Shown: positions 20,632-29,440 of the stretch, one piece after another
Position numbering within the stretch: the first letter of the stretch is position 1
How the letters are laid out: each line of letters begins with the position of its first letter
NCBI GenBank assembly: GCA_041737765.1
Contig: JBGSRA010000025.1
Coordinates: 95,208 to 159,207 of the forward strand
Direction of reading: 5' to 3'
Source of the DNA: Draconibacterium sp.
GTDB taxonomy: Bacteria; Bacteroidota; Bacteroidia; Bacteroidales; Prolixibacteraceae
Length of the DNA stretch: 64,000 nucleotides
Made by a program: the position numbers and the translations under genes
The notes under the pieces: model-generated
Seen by the model: only the letters and a program-made list of their open reading frames with translations
Told to the model about the DNA's origin: nothing
Database searches by the model: none

Positions 20632-21375
20632 ATGTTACAGGAAATAAAAATCATACACCACAATGGCAAACAATTTATCCCCGACCCAACTTCGGCTGAA
20701 GTACCCGCTCCGTTTCGCGGACGACCTGAAATCAGCCTCGAAAAAGTGGATGAAAATGCGCTTGTAAATTGCTGTCCTTTGAACGCTATTTCCTCAAATC
20801 CAATTGCGATTAATCTTGCAAAATGCAATTTCTGTGGCGAATGTGCTTTTCGTTTCCCCCAAAAAATAAAATTTACCAACGACCATAAAATCAGCACAAA
20901 CAAGCTGGAAAACCTTATTGTTTCAGCAGGTGAGAAAAATAAGATAGAGCTTGACCAAAACATTATCGACCCAAAAATCAAAACCACCTTTGGAAAGTCG
21001 CTGAAACTGCGACAGGTTTCGGCTGGCGGCGACAATTCCTGCGAGTTTGAGTTAAATGCCTGTGGCAATGCCAACTTCGATATGGGTCGTTACGGGATTG
21101 AATTCGTTGCTTCACCGCGCCACTCCGACGGAATTGTAGTTACAGGCCCCATTTCAGAAAACATGGCCGAAGCTTTGAAAGTTACCTGGGAAGCCATTCC
21201 ATCGCCTAAACTTTTTATTTTGTGCGGAGTGGATGCCATCAGCGGCGGTATTTTTGCTGAAAGTGCTGCCATTAACCGTAGCATTTTTAAAGACTTAAAA
21301 GTTGACCTTTATATACCCGGCAATCCACCTCACCCGCTAACCATTATCAATGGATTACTAAGCCTGATAAAATAA
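20632..21375 (+). CDS. Ferredoxin (HyfH-like) fused to HyfI/NuoB-like small subunit
   Basis: N-terminal CCP and CNFCGEC; C-terminal ASPRHSDG, VTGP and PGNPP of the NuoB fold. Confidence 0.85.
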   Translation: MLQEIKIIHHNGKQFIPDPTSAEVPAPFRGRPEISLEKVDENALVNCCPLNAISSNPIAINLAKCNFCGECAFRFPQKIKFTNDHKISTNKLENLIVSAGEKNKIELDQNIIDPKIKTTFGKSLKLRQVSAGGDNSCEFELNACGNANFDMGRYGIEFVASPRHSDGIVVTGPISENMAEALKVTWEAIPSPKLFILCGVDAISGGIFAESAAINRSIFKDLKVDLYIPGNPPHPLTIINGLLSLIK

Positions 21376-21392
21376 AAACTGAAAGATTTTGT

Positions 21393-23585
21393 TCACCAGG
21401 GAACAAAGGAGATTTTACGCGAAATAATTTCCCGCCCTGTACCTACACGAACAAAATAAACACCGGGCACATTTCCAGTCATATCGATATCTACTTTTCG
21501 TGAATCAATCCTGGATATTTTTATTTCTGTTTTCTGCCCCAGAAGATTGAAAACATTAATCTGATTGTCAGGTATATCCTTTCCGGCTTCTATCCTAAAA
21601 TTTGAACTCGAAGGATTTGGATATATCAAAATATCCTGTGGATTGTCAACCAATGGAGTATCGGTACCAAAATCGTCGATATTACAGGCAATCAACTCAA
21701 AAATATTTGCCATTGCTTTCTTCTCGGGATTAGTTTCCGTAAAATTATACCACGTTCCATTCTGTTTTAAATAAAACGAATTTTCGCTTCCCACAGCCCG
21801 CAGCGACTGATAAACCGCAAACGAATCAAGAGGCTGAATATTAGTCAGTTCAAATCCCACAAAAAAAGTATTTCCAGGTCTTACGTTTTCCGAAAAGCCA
21901 ATAAAATTCATGGCATCCTGAGCCAGTTCAGCTGTTTTTACCACCTTCGAATAAATCAGTTGTTCAGGCTTCTGGGTTCCGTTATATACTTTTAGGGTTA
22001 TTTCGCTGTTATTGCTGGTAACTTTACTTTTAAATTTTCCAACTCCAAGAGAAACCCCCGACAAAATTTCGTTTCCTTCAATTGAAAAACGTTCCATAAA
22101 TTCTGATATTCCAATGCTGTTGCTGCCACCCCAGTAACCGGCAAATTTATTTGCGTTCGTTACCGGTATTAAACTGTACTTATCTGCATCTCCAAGGTTT
22201 GTAAATGCTCCGCAAAGTTCTTCACCATCATAAAATTGCTTTCCTTCCAAAACTTTAACACCCGATTTTAACGGATCGAGCCAGTGTTTCAATTGTTTTG
22301 CAGAGTCTGGTTTGTGTTCCCACGAAGTAGCAAACCTTTCAAATTCATCATTCAAAGCATTGTTACACGTTGCTGGAGGACCTCCTGTAAGTGTGCCAAT
22401 TACATGCTTTTTAGAATTAAATAACGGACCTCCCGAAGAACCATTTTCTGTTAAACCATTCTCCCATTTTAAAATTTTTAAAAATCCATTTTTTTTGTAA
22501 CCTGATTCAAAACTAGAAATTTCAGGAATATCTTTGTCGAATGACAGCTTTTTAATATCAGCCTGAGGGTGATGAATACTTATCGATGAATCATTTAATT
22601 CTGTGGAACGATTCCATCCTGCATAAAATGGTCGAAAGTCAGGTGGTGGAATCCTGCTTAATTCAACCAATGCAAAATCTGCGCTATCAGACTGTGATTT
22701 CATTATAGCGCCTGATATCGAATTTGAGGGATCGCCATCAAGCGGAGCGCAAAACGGACTCTCGTAATTAAAGGTATATACAGATACTTCAGGATAATTC
22801 CACTTGTTATAACAATGTGCCGCTGATAAAACATAAGGTTTCTGATTTTCAGCCGTATTATTTACCAAAACAGCAGAACACATCTCTTTTCCATTAACTA
22901 TCACGCGGCAAACCGAATTTTTTACTTCATCCCATGAATTCCAACTATCACAATTTATATCGATATTGCACGAATTTGCAATTTTATTGAGCGGTCTTCT
23001 GTCCCCTGATTTTAAAATGCCAACGTAATCGTGGTTTACACGTGTTATTATAAAATGTTTGTTATTAAAATCTTCTTCCGGAATTTCGTATTGAACCGTA
23101 ATTTCATCGCCTAAAACCGGCGACACTGCAAATTTTTTGTGCGGCAAATTATTAATGTTAGTAAATGCACCTAAAATATGGTTTTCCTTTGCATTGAATA
23201 TAAATAGGCGTTCTCTCTCCTGAAGTTCAAATTCTTCAAAAATTAGATTCAGCGATTTTGCCCCTTCAGAACGAATGGTAAGTTTCCAAACCAGAAATCC
23301 ATCGTCGCCCGGCAACCATTCGCCCGAATTTTCGGGTGTTAAATTTACCTCGAAAGGATAGGCAAACTGAAAAGGCTTCAACCGGTTTTCAGAATTTTGA
23401 TTTACGGTTTCACTTTCGCTAGTAAGGAAATTACTGATGGGCGGCATTTCAACAATCCGGTTGCGGGAGCTTTTTAATTCATTGGTGTTCATTGGTGTTC
23501 CTCCCTGTGATATCTGAGCCTGACTATTTGCTGTAAACAGGAAAATACCTGCAAAAAGAAAACCTGAAATTCGATTAAAAAACAT
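21393..23585 (-). CDS. Trypsin-like (lysyl-endopeptidase-like) serine protease with T9SS C-terminal domain
   Basis: Triad motifs LSAAHC, DFALVEL and GSSGGP; CTD IYPNPS...VFNLLG...PGVYFVRV. Confidence 0.88.
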   Translation of the reverse strand: MFFNRISGFLFAGIFLFTANSQAQISQGGTPMNTNELKSSRNRIVEMPPISNFLTSESETVNQNSENRLKPFQFAYPFEVNLTPENSGEWLPGDDGFLVWKLTIRSEGAKSLNLIFEEFELQERERLFIFNAKENHILGAFTNINNLPHKKFAVSPVLGDEITVQYEIPEEDFNNKHFIITRVNHDYVGILKSGDRRPLNKIANSCNIDINCDSWNSWDEVKNSVCRVIVNGKEMCSAVLVNNTAENQKPYVLSAAHCYNKWNYPEVSVYTFNYESPFCAPLDGDPSNSISGAIMKSQSDSADFALVELSRIPPPDFRPFYAGWNRSTELNDSSISIHHPQADIKKLSFDKDIPEISSFESGYKKNGFLKILKWENGLTENGSSGGPLFNSKKHVIGTLTGGPPATCNNALNDEFERFATSWEHKPDSAKQLKHWLDPLKSGVKVLEGKQFYDGEELCGAFTNLGDADKYSLIPVTNANKFAGYWGGSNSIGISEFMERFSIEGNEILSGVSLGVGKFKSKVTSNNSEITLKVYNGTQKPEQLIYSKVVKTAELAQDAMNFIGFSENVRPGNTFFVGFELTNIQPLDSFAVYQSLRAVGSENSFYLKQNGTWYNFTETNPEKKAMANIFELIACNIDDFGTDTPLVDNPQDILIYPNPSSSNFRIEAGKDIPDNQINVFNLLGQKTEIKISRIDSRKVDIDMTGNVPGVYFVRVGTGREIISRKISFVPW

Positions 23586-23742
23586 GGATGTAATATGATT
23601 TAGCCAACAAAAATAAATTTAAATATGGTTTATACAATTCCTGACACAAGTAATTGCCTAATCAACTAAACAATTTCTATGTTTAATCCGTTATTAGGCT
23701 TTAGAATTTGACAAATTATTAATCATTTAAAAACTTAAAACC

Positions 23743-24129
23743 ATGAATTACAAAAGATTCATTCCACTTATTCTGATTGTGTTTGTGTTTGCATCGTTTT
23801 CAACGTTTGCAACCGAAAATACACCAACTATGAAACCGGTTAATATGCCCGATGATGTAAAAGGAATCATCGAAAAATCGTGTTTTGGCTGTCACAACAC
23901 CGACTCGAAAAACGACAAAGCCAAGGAAAAGCTCGATCTCAAAACTATCGACAGTCTCGACAAATCGAAAATGATTCATGCATTGAAAGAAATTGCTGAA
24001 GTAGTTGATGAAAATGAAATGCCTCCAGCAAAATTTCTTGAAAAATTCCCAGACAAAAAACTAACTGATGCAGAAAAAAAGACATTGATGGACTGGGCAA
24101 ATAAAGAAGCAAAATCATTGATGAAGTAA
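23743..24129 (+). CDS. Haem-binding domain c-type cytochrome-like protein
   Basis: Signal peptide; CFGCH; distal EMPP. Confidence 0.8.
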   Translation: MNYKRFIPLILIVFVFASFSTFATENTPTMKPVNMPDDVKGIIEKSCFGCHNTDSKNDKAKEKLDLKTIDSLDKSKMIHALKEIAEVVDENEMPPAKFLEKFPDKKLTDAEKKTLMDWANKEAKSLMK

Positions 24130-24144
24130 CATTGTTAACGAAAT

Positions 24145-24174
24145 AAAAAATCCTCCTTTTTGGGGGATTTTTTT
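24145..24174 (+). terminator. Intrinsic terminator
   Basis: aaaaaatcctcc-tttt-tgggggattttttt hairpin followed by a T-run. Confidence 0.7.
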
Positions 24175-24229
24175 GTTTCAATGCATTTAATAATTCAACC
24201 TATCAGTTTCATTTTAAATTTCATACACC

Positions 24230-24703
24230 ATGCGAAAAATTATAAAAATACTTGTTATCATTGGTATTGTAGCCTTTGTTGTCATCCAGTTTTTTCAACC
24301 CGAAAAAAATATAAGCGATGATGTAAAGAACCACATTTTTACACAGGAACAATTACCCGAAAATGTGAAGCTAACGCTTCAGAATGCTTGTATGGATTGC
24401 CATTCAAATAACACCAAATATCCATTTTACGACCGAATTGCACCTGTTTCATGGATGGTAAACAAACATATCGTGGAGGGAAAAGATGAACTTAATTTTT
24501 CAGAATGGGGAGAAATGGATGCATATGATAAAATTGGTGCACTAGAAGACATCAGGCAAGAAGTGGAACAAAAAAACATGCCTTTAAAACAATATGTTTT
24601 TATGCACAAAGAGGCAAAACTTACCGATGAACAAAGGGCTGCATTGATTGCCTGGATTGACAAAAAAGGCAGTGAACTGGTAAAATCGTCAACAGAGGAA
24701 TGA
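24230..24703 (+). CDS. Haem-binding domain protein (Haem_bd-like)
   Basis: N-terminal TM; ACMDCHSNNT, APVSW, LNFSEW and MP motifs. Confidence 0.85.
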   Translation: MRKIIKILVIIGIVAFVVIQFFQPEKNISDDVKNHIFTQEQLPENVKLTLQNACMDCHSNNTKYPFYDRIAPVSWMVNKHIVEGKDELNFSEWGEMDAYDKIGALEDIRQEVEQKNMPLKQYVFMHKEAKLTDEQRAALIAWIDKKGSELVKSSTEE

Positions 24704-24719
24704 AAGTTATAAGGAGTTC

Positions 24720-24930
24720 ATAGTTTAGAGTTGGGTGCTGGCTTCTGGCATCTGGCAATTGGTTGTTTTGTGTGGACCATTTAGGACTTTTGGGACTAAA
24801 ATCCTTGATGCCAGGTTAATACTTTTTTCAATCTGACTATCTTCATTATTGAGCATTCTTGCATTCCTCATTCCCGCATTATAGCATTCACGCATTCACG
24901 CATTATATCATTCACGCATTTCCTCATTCT
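24720..24930. repeat. Degenerate short tandem repeats (7-8-mers)
   Basis: ctggcttctggcatctggc, and an array of catt-based ~8-mers (cattcacg, cattctt, cattcct). Confidence 0.6.
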
Positions 24931-24936
24931 TTCCGT

Positions 24937-24944
24937 TATCTTTG
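24937..24944 (+). promoter_or_regulatory. Bacteroidota sigma-A -7 element
   Basis: TATCTTTG 17 nt upstream of the helicase ATG; matches TAnnTTTG. Confidence 0.55.
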
Positions 24945-24961
24945 CCAAAAATTCACAATTC

Positions 24962-26203
24962 ATGAAATTCGAGGAGTATTCCATTTCGTTTGAGCTCAAA
25001 AAAAACCTGGAGAAACAAGGGTTTCGGCGGCCCACCGATATTCAGTTTAAAGCAATTCCACCCATTTTGAAAGGTGAGGACGTGTTGGCAATAGCACAAA
25101 CCGGCACAGGAAAAACGGCTGCTTTTGCCATTCCGGTTATTCATAAAATTCAGATTGCAAAAAAAACACGCCGAACCAATTTAATACAGTGTCTTGTAAT
25201 GGTTCCCACCCACGAACTGGCACAACAGATTACCGAAGTATTTACAGCACTGGCCAAAAACACGGGTGTTAAACCCATGGGAATCATTGGCGGCGTTGAC
25301 CAGGCGCCACAGATTGCAGCACTCGAAAACGGGATCGACATTTTGGTGGCAACTCCCGGCCGTTTATTCGATTTGGTGAGCCAGGGACATTTAAAACTGC
25401 ACGGCATCGAAGTATTGATTCTAGACGAGGCTGACCACATGCTCGACCTTGGTTTTATAAAGGACATTAACGATTTGATGCGCCACCTTCCGGCAAAACG
25501 GCAAACTTTGTTTTTTTCAGCAACCATCAATCCGAAAATAAAGAAACTGGCGTACTCTCTGGTTACAAAACCAATCCGAATTCAGATTTCGCCCAAAAAT
25601 CCGGTGGCAAAAAACATCGAGCATTTTGTGGCCTTTATCGAAATGGATGATAAACGCGCATTTCTGGAACGGTTGATAGACGAAAATCCCGACAGCAAAG
25701 TGCTGGTTTTTGTGCGTACAAAAGTGCGGGCTGAACGGGTGAAAAAAGCCATGGAAAGGGTTGAAATAAAGAGCGCAACCATCCACAGCGACAAGGAACA
25801 AAATGAACGCACCGAAACCTTAAACGATTTTAAAACCGGCAACCTGAAACTGCTGATTGCCACAGACATCAGCGCCCGCGGAATTGATATTCCCAATGTT
25901 GATTTTGTAGTAAACTACGACCTGCCCGAAGTGCCCGAAAACTATGTACACCGCGTTGGACGCACAGGTCGGGGCACAAAAAAAGGACAAGCTGTTTCGT
26001 TTTGCAGCAAAGAGGAAAAAGATATTTTAGCTGAGATTGAATCCTTCCTCGACGAGGAAATTACCATAATGGACATCGACAAAAACGCCTACCGCGAAAC
26101 CCTTGATTTTACCAAAGACACCGATAATAACTGGAAAAAGCTGATTCGCGACAACGAAAAAGAACAGAAGGAATATTTGGCTAAAAAGAAGAGGAAGAAG
26201 TAA
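24962..26203 (+). CDS. DEAD-box RNA helicase (RhlE-like)
   Basis: AQTGTGKT, PTHELA, TPGRL, DEAD, SAT, ARGID and HRVGRTGR motifs. Confidence 0.95.
   Translation: MKFEEYSISFELKKNLEKQGFRRPTDIQFKAIPPILKGEDVLAIAQTGTGKTAAFAIPVIHKIQIAKKTRRTNLIQCLVMVPTHELAQQITEVFTALAKNTGVKPMGIIGGVDQAPQIAALENGIDILVATPGRLFDLVSQGHLKLHGIEVLILDEADHMLDLGFIKDINDLMRHLPAKRQTLFFSATINPKIKKLAYSLVTKPIRIQISPKNPVAKNIEHFVAFIEMDDKRAFLERLIDENPDSKVLVFVRTKVRAERVKKAMERVEIKSATIHSDKEQNERTETLNDFKTGNLKLLIATDISARGIDIPNVDFVVNYDLPEVPENYVHRVGRTGRGTKKGQAVSFCSKEEKDILAEIESFLDEEITIMDIDKNAYRETLDFTKDTDNNWKKLIRDNEKEQKEYLAKKKRKK
26077..26203 (+). repeat. Direct repeat copy 1 (3' end of helicase gene)
   Basis: Near-identical to 27281..27404: two substitutions and one AAG codon indel. 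Confidence 0.92.
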
Positions 26204-26293
26204 AGCTGATTTATTTTGAGATTTCAGCGATGCCAGAATCCGGAGAAATGCGCCCGCAGTGCAATTTACAAAATAGTAAGGGTTACCGAAATC

Positions 26294-26716
26294 TTACTCT
26301 TTTTTTACGTCTTCATAATCAATCGTCAGGTTCATTTGTGACAATACAAAAGCCCTGATAAGTTTTGTTATCTTAAATGCCTGTTGTATCTCATCATCAG
26401 AAAGATCGACTGATGTATCCGGATATCTTATCTCTACTGCAAAATCTTCTAATACTGAAGCACTGTCAAATAATTCATTGGAAATCTCAATCTTTTGAGA
26501 CAATAGTCCCAATAAGTAATTTAAAGAATGTTGTCTTTTAAAAGGAATATCGAGAAACAATAAAAAACCCTTTAAATATTTTTCAGCAGCTTGCTGACAA
26601 TGGAAGGCAATTGTATCACAATATTGAGGTATGTATAAATAGGTAACCTGACCAGTACCCAAATCATGGTCGGCCTTTTCAATCCATTGTTTTACGACAT
26701 CAATTTTTTCGCTCAT
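26294..26716 (-). CDS. HEPN domain protein
   Basis: WIEKADHDL, FHCQQAAEKYLK, RQHSL and EIRYP motifs. Confidence 0.88.
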   Translation of the reverse strand: MSEKIDVVKQWIEKADHDLGTGQVTYLYIPQYCDTIAFHCQQAAEKYLKGFLLFLDIPFKRQHSLNYLLGLLSQKIEISNELFDSASVLEDFAVEIRYPDTSVDLSDDEIQQAFKITKLIRAFVLSQMNLTIDYEDVKKE

Positions 26717-27020
26717 AAAGTATTTTACTCCCTTTTATTGCAGAGCTTAGAAATGAATATTGATTTGAAAGTTCGTTATTAAATTCGGATGATGTATAGA
26801 TTTTGAAATCCATAGGAATTGTTAATCCATAAAATAATCTGCGAACCTCCAATCCCCTTTTGTGTTTAGGCGCGTTGGTTTCCTTTACAAGAATAAAATC
26901 CAAATCGCTATTGTCCGAATAGTTACCATGTGCATAAGAACCAAACAAAATTATCTTTTCCGGATTGTAGTTTAAAGCAATCCGATTAACAATATCATTT
27001 ATTTGTCTTGTTTCGATCAT
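26700..27020 (-). CDS. Minimal nucleotidyltransferase (MNT) partner of HEPN
   Basis: ILFGSYAHG..SDLDF motif. Likely start MIETRQ at 27020; overlaps the HEPN gene. Confidence 0.88.
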   Translation of the reverse strand: MIETRQINDIVNRIALNYNPEKIILFGSYAHGNYSDNSDLDFILVKETNAPKHKRGLEVRRLFYGLTIPMDFKIYTSSEFNNELSNQYSFLSSAIKGSKILYERKN

Positions 27021-27280
27021 AATGATTGCGAAGATAATTAATTTCAAATTTATCCGCAATTCTTTATCAAATGGGGGCATTTTTACAGTAAAAAGTTAAT
27101 AAAATTTACGGAACATATTTCGGAGAACCTTCATATCCCGTAGAATTTAACAATGGAACGGGAATCCGAAGAACCCAACCGCACCAACACCGCTCTGAAA
27201 TATGCACTTTGCTGAACTAAATCCCGCGGGATAGTTGATTCAAAATATTTCTCCGGCAAGAAAATTATGATGATGGAAAA

Positions 27281-27404
27281 CGACAAAAACGCCTACCGCG
27301 AAACCCTCGATTTTATCAAAGACACCGATAATAACTGGAAAAAGCTGATTCGCGACAACGAAAAAGAACAGAAGGAATATTTGGCTAAAAAGAAGAGGAA
27401 GTAA
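27281..27404 (+). repeat. Direct repeat copy 2: displaced 3' fragment of the DEAD helicase gene
   Basis: Encodes DKNAYRETLDFIKDTDNNWKKLIRDNEKEQKEYLAKKKRK-stop, i.e. the helicase C-terminus. Confidence 0.92.
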
Positions 27405-27463
27405 AATTTGTACAAATTTACAACAGAATAGGCTATACTTTTATACGTTGATAAAAGTGTTCT

Positions 27464-29206
27464 TTAGATAATATCTATTATTTCAGAGTCACTTTTCTCT
27501 TGTTCCTCAATTTTAAGTTTTATGTTTTCAATCCATTTGTCACCTCTACTTTTTATCAACTGAAATGTTCTTTCAATATCTTGTTCTTTCAAATCATTGT
27601 CCATTATTTTGTTTCTTTTTTTAGGCAATCTGAAAATATTATTTTGGGGGAAATAAATTGTACGGGGTGCATAATCCTCGGAACATTCCTGTTTTATCAT
27701 TAGATCATTTAAGTTTGACTGAAGCAATTCAAATGAAATGAGATAAATTTTGCATTGTATATCATATTTAACATCTAAGCTATTAAATTGATTATTTGTT
27801 GATTTTTCAATCTGCTTTCTAAGCAATGGTAAAACTAAATAATTCAAATATGAGAAATAATCCTGTTCTTCGAGTAGGGAAAGAAAATGACTGTTATCAA
27901 TCATATAAATCCATTTTCTTTCAATAGAATCCAATATCTTGGAAAATATGATTTTTTTATTTGACTCACTTAAATTACTTATATAATTAGCAGCAAAATA
28001 TTCTTGTAAAGACCTGTGAGGGAAAGCATAATCAGTACCTTCTTTTGTTAAAATTCCAATTGCAACTTGCAAGTCCTCAATAACTTTTTGGTTATTAAAT
28101 TCTAGGTTTTTCTTTTTTTCTTTTATTAAGGTAAGTTTTGATTCTATATATTCTGGATGAAAAAGAAATTTCTCATCAAAATAAGATAGAAACGAGAAGA
28201 GTCTCAATAATTCTTCAAAACTTTCTTTGGAAAGGCCCGATTGTTTTTCTCTAACAAATGACAATTTTGATATGCTATCATGAACCGAATATAAAGTATC
28301 AAAAACTTGTTTATAAAAATCACTTCTCTTCTGTGGAATTTGTGAATAGGATTGAAAAGTTAAAATGAACATAGCCAGCAATAGAGGATTTCTAAGAAAA
28401 ACCTTGTATGAATTATTGTCAATTTGAGAAATAGCTTTTATCATTTTTTCTGTTAATTCATCATCAAAAGATGGAATTTGTTTTTTGACAAAAGATGGAA
28501 TTTCTATTTCTAATAAATCACAGACAGTATAATTGGTAAATAATGGAAGAGTATCAATATTTGTATACGGCCTTGATGTTATTAAATATTTATTTTCCGA
28601 ATAATTACTAACAAACCTGTCTATATCTTTTGTAATAGATTCTTTTTTAATCGAATTTATTTCATCGTAACCGTCAAAGAAGAAAATGAATGAACCTGAA
28701 TTTAAAAGCCTATCAATTATCGATTTTGAAAATCCAAGTTTATAGAAAAGAAAAATTTCATCAAAAATGTAATCGGTAATTGAACCTTTATATTCATTAA
28801 GATATCGAAGTTCAATCTTAATTGGAATCTTAAAATTATTTTTAACCGAATCAATAAATAAATATTTGACAATAGTACTCTTTCCGCTTCCTGCTGAACC
28901 AATCAATGTTATATAGTTAGATTTAGCAAATAGATTAGCAACAAATTCAGTTGAAATCCGTTGCCCCTCTTGACTTCCTTTACTTGGATCTTTATATGAT
29001 GTAATATGCAAGGGTAGATAAAAGTCTAACAGTTTTATGGGTTCAGACCTATGAAGTAAGGTTTTTGTAAAATAGTTTCTTTTATATTCAATTATTTGAT
29101 ATTCAAGAATTCTGTTTTTTGCCAATTGTTTAATTTCATTTCCTAATCCAGAAATTAATCCGTTTATAGGTGATTCAAGAAGGCTTTTAAATTCGGATAT
29201 CTCCAT
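27464..29206 (-). CDS. NACHT-domain NTPase (putative anti-phage NLR-related protein)
   Basis: Walker A GSAGSGKS, Walker B FFFDGYDE, ITSRP, NPLLL and FPHRSLQEYFAA motifs; visibly more AT-rich than neighbours. Confidence 0.85.
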   Translation of the reverse strand: MEISEFKSLLESPINGLISGLGNEIKQLAKNRILEYQIIEYKRNYFTKTLLHRSEPIKLLDFYLPLHITSYKDPSKGSQEGQRISTEFVANLFAKSNYITLIGSAGSGKSTIVKYLFIDSVKNNFKIPIKIELRYLNEYKGSITDYIFDEIFLFYKLGFSKSIIDRLLNSGSFIFFFDGYDEINSIKKESITKDIDRFVSNYSENKYLITSRPYTNIDTLPLFTNYTVCDLLEIEIPSFVKKQIPSFDDELTEKMIKAISQIDNNSYKVFLRNPLLLAMFILTFQSYSQIPQKRSDFYKQVFDTLYSVHDSISKLSFVREKQSGLSKESFEELLRLFSFLSYFDEKFLFHPEYIESKLTLIKEKKKNLEFNNQKVIEDLQVAIGILTKEGTDYAFPHRSLQEYFAANYISNLSESNKKIIFSKILDSIERKWIYMIDNSHFLSLLEEQDYFSYLNYLVLPLLRKQIEKSTNNQFNSLDVKYDIQCKIYLISFELLQSNLNDLMIKQECSEDYAPRTIYFPQNNIFRLPKKRNKIMDNDLKEQDIERTFQLIKSRGDKWIENIKLKIEEQEKSDSEIIDII

Positions 29207-29354
29207 ATTATTTGAATTTGATATAACTGTTTAATATTGCGCAATTATCTTGCGGGAAAGGTTGTTTATGTTGTTTTGGTTTAATTTGATTGTGATTTCA
29301 AATTTAAAAATTAATTGAAACAGAGGTTGTTAAACGGTAAAATATTTTTGGTTA

Positions 29355-29428
29355 TTCATAGTATGACTCGAAGTCATGCTATGAATATGGCAGAGACATG
29401 CTATAAATAAAGCAGAGACATGCTATAA
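29355..29428. repeat. Palindrome plus direct repeat
   Basis: ttcatagtatgact-cga-agtcatgctatgaa hairpin, followed by gcagagacatgctataaa twice. Confidence 0.65.
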
Positions 29429-29440
29429 AAGAACAAGAAA

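Noticed and set aside
14127-21375. Functional [NiFe] hydrogenase-4 / formate hydrogenlyase
   Set aside because: No NiFe-ligating CxxC motifs and no maturation genes in the window.
24845-24930. CRISPR array
   Set aside because: Units are ~8 nt and degenerate, with no unique spacers and no cas genes. I saw no CRISPR array anywhere in the window.
27090-27265. Possible gene remnant upstream of MNT
   Set aside because: No recognisable ORF or motif could be supported.
26077-27404. IS element or diversity-generating retroelement template repeat
   Set aside because: No transposase, terminal inverted repeats or reverse transcriptase; the two differences are T/C, not adenine-specific.
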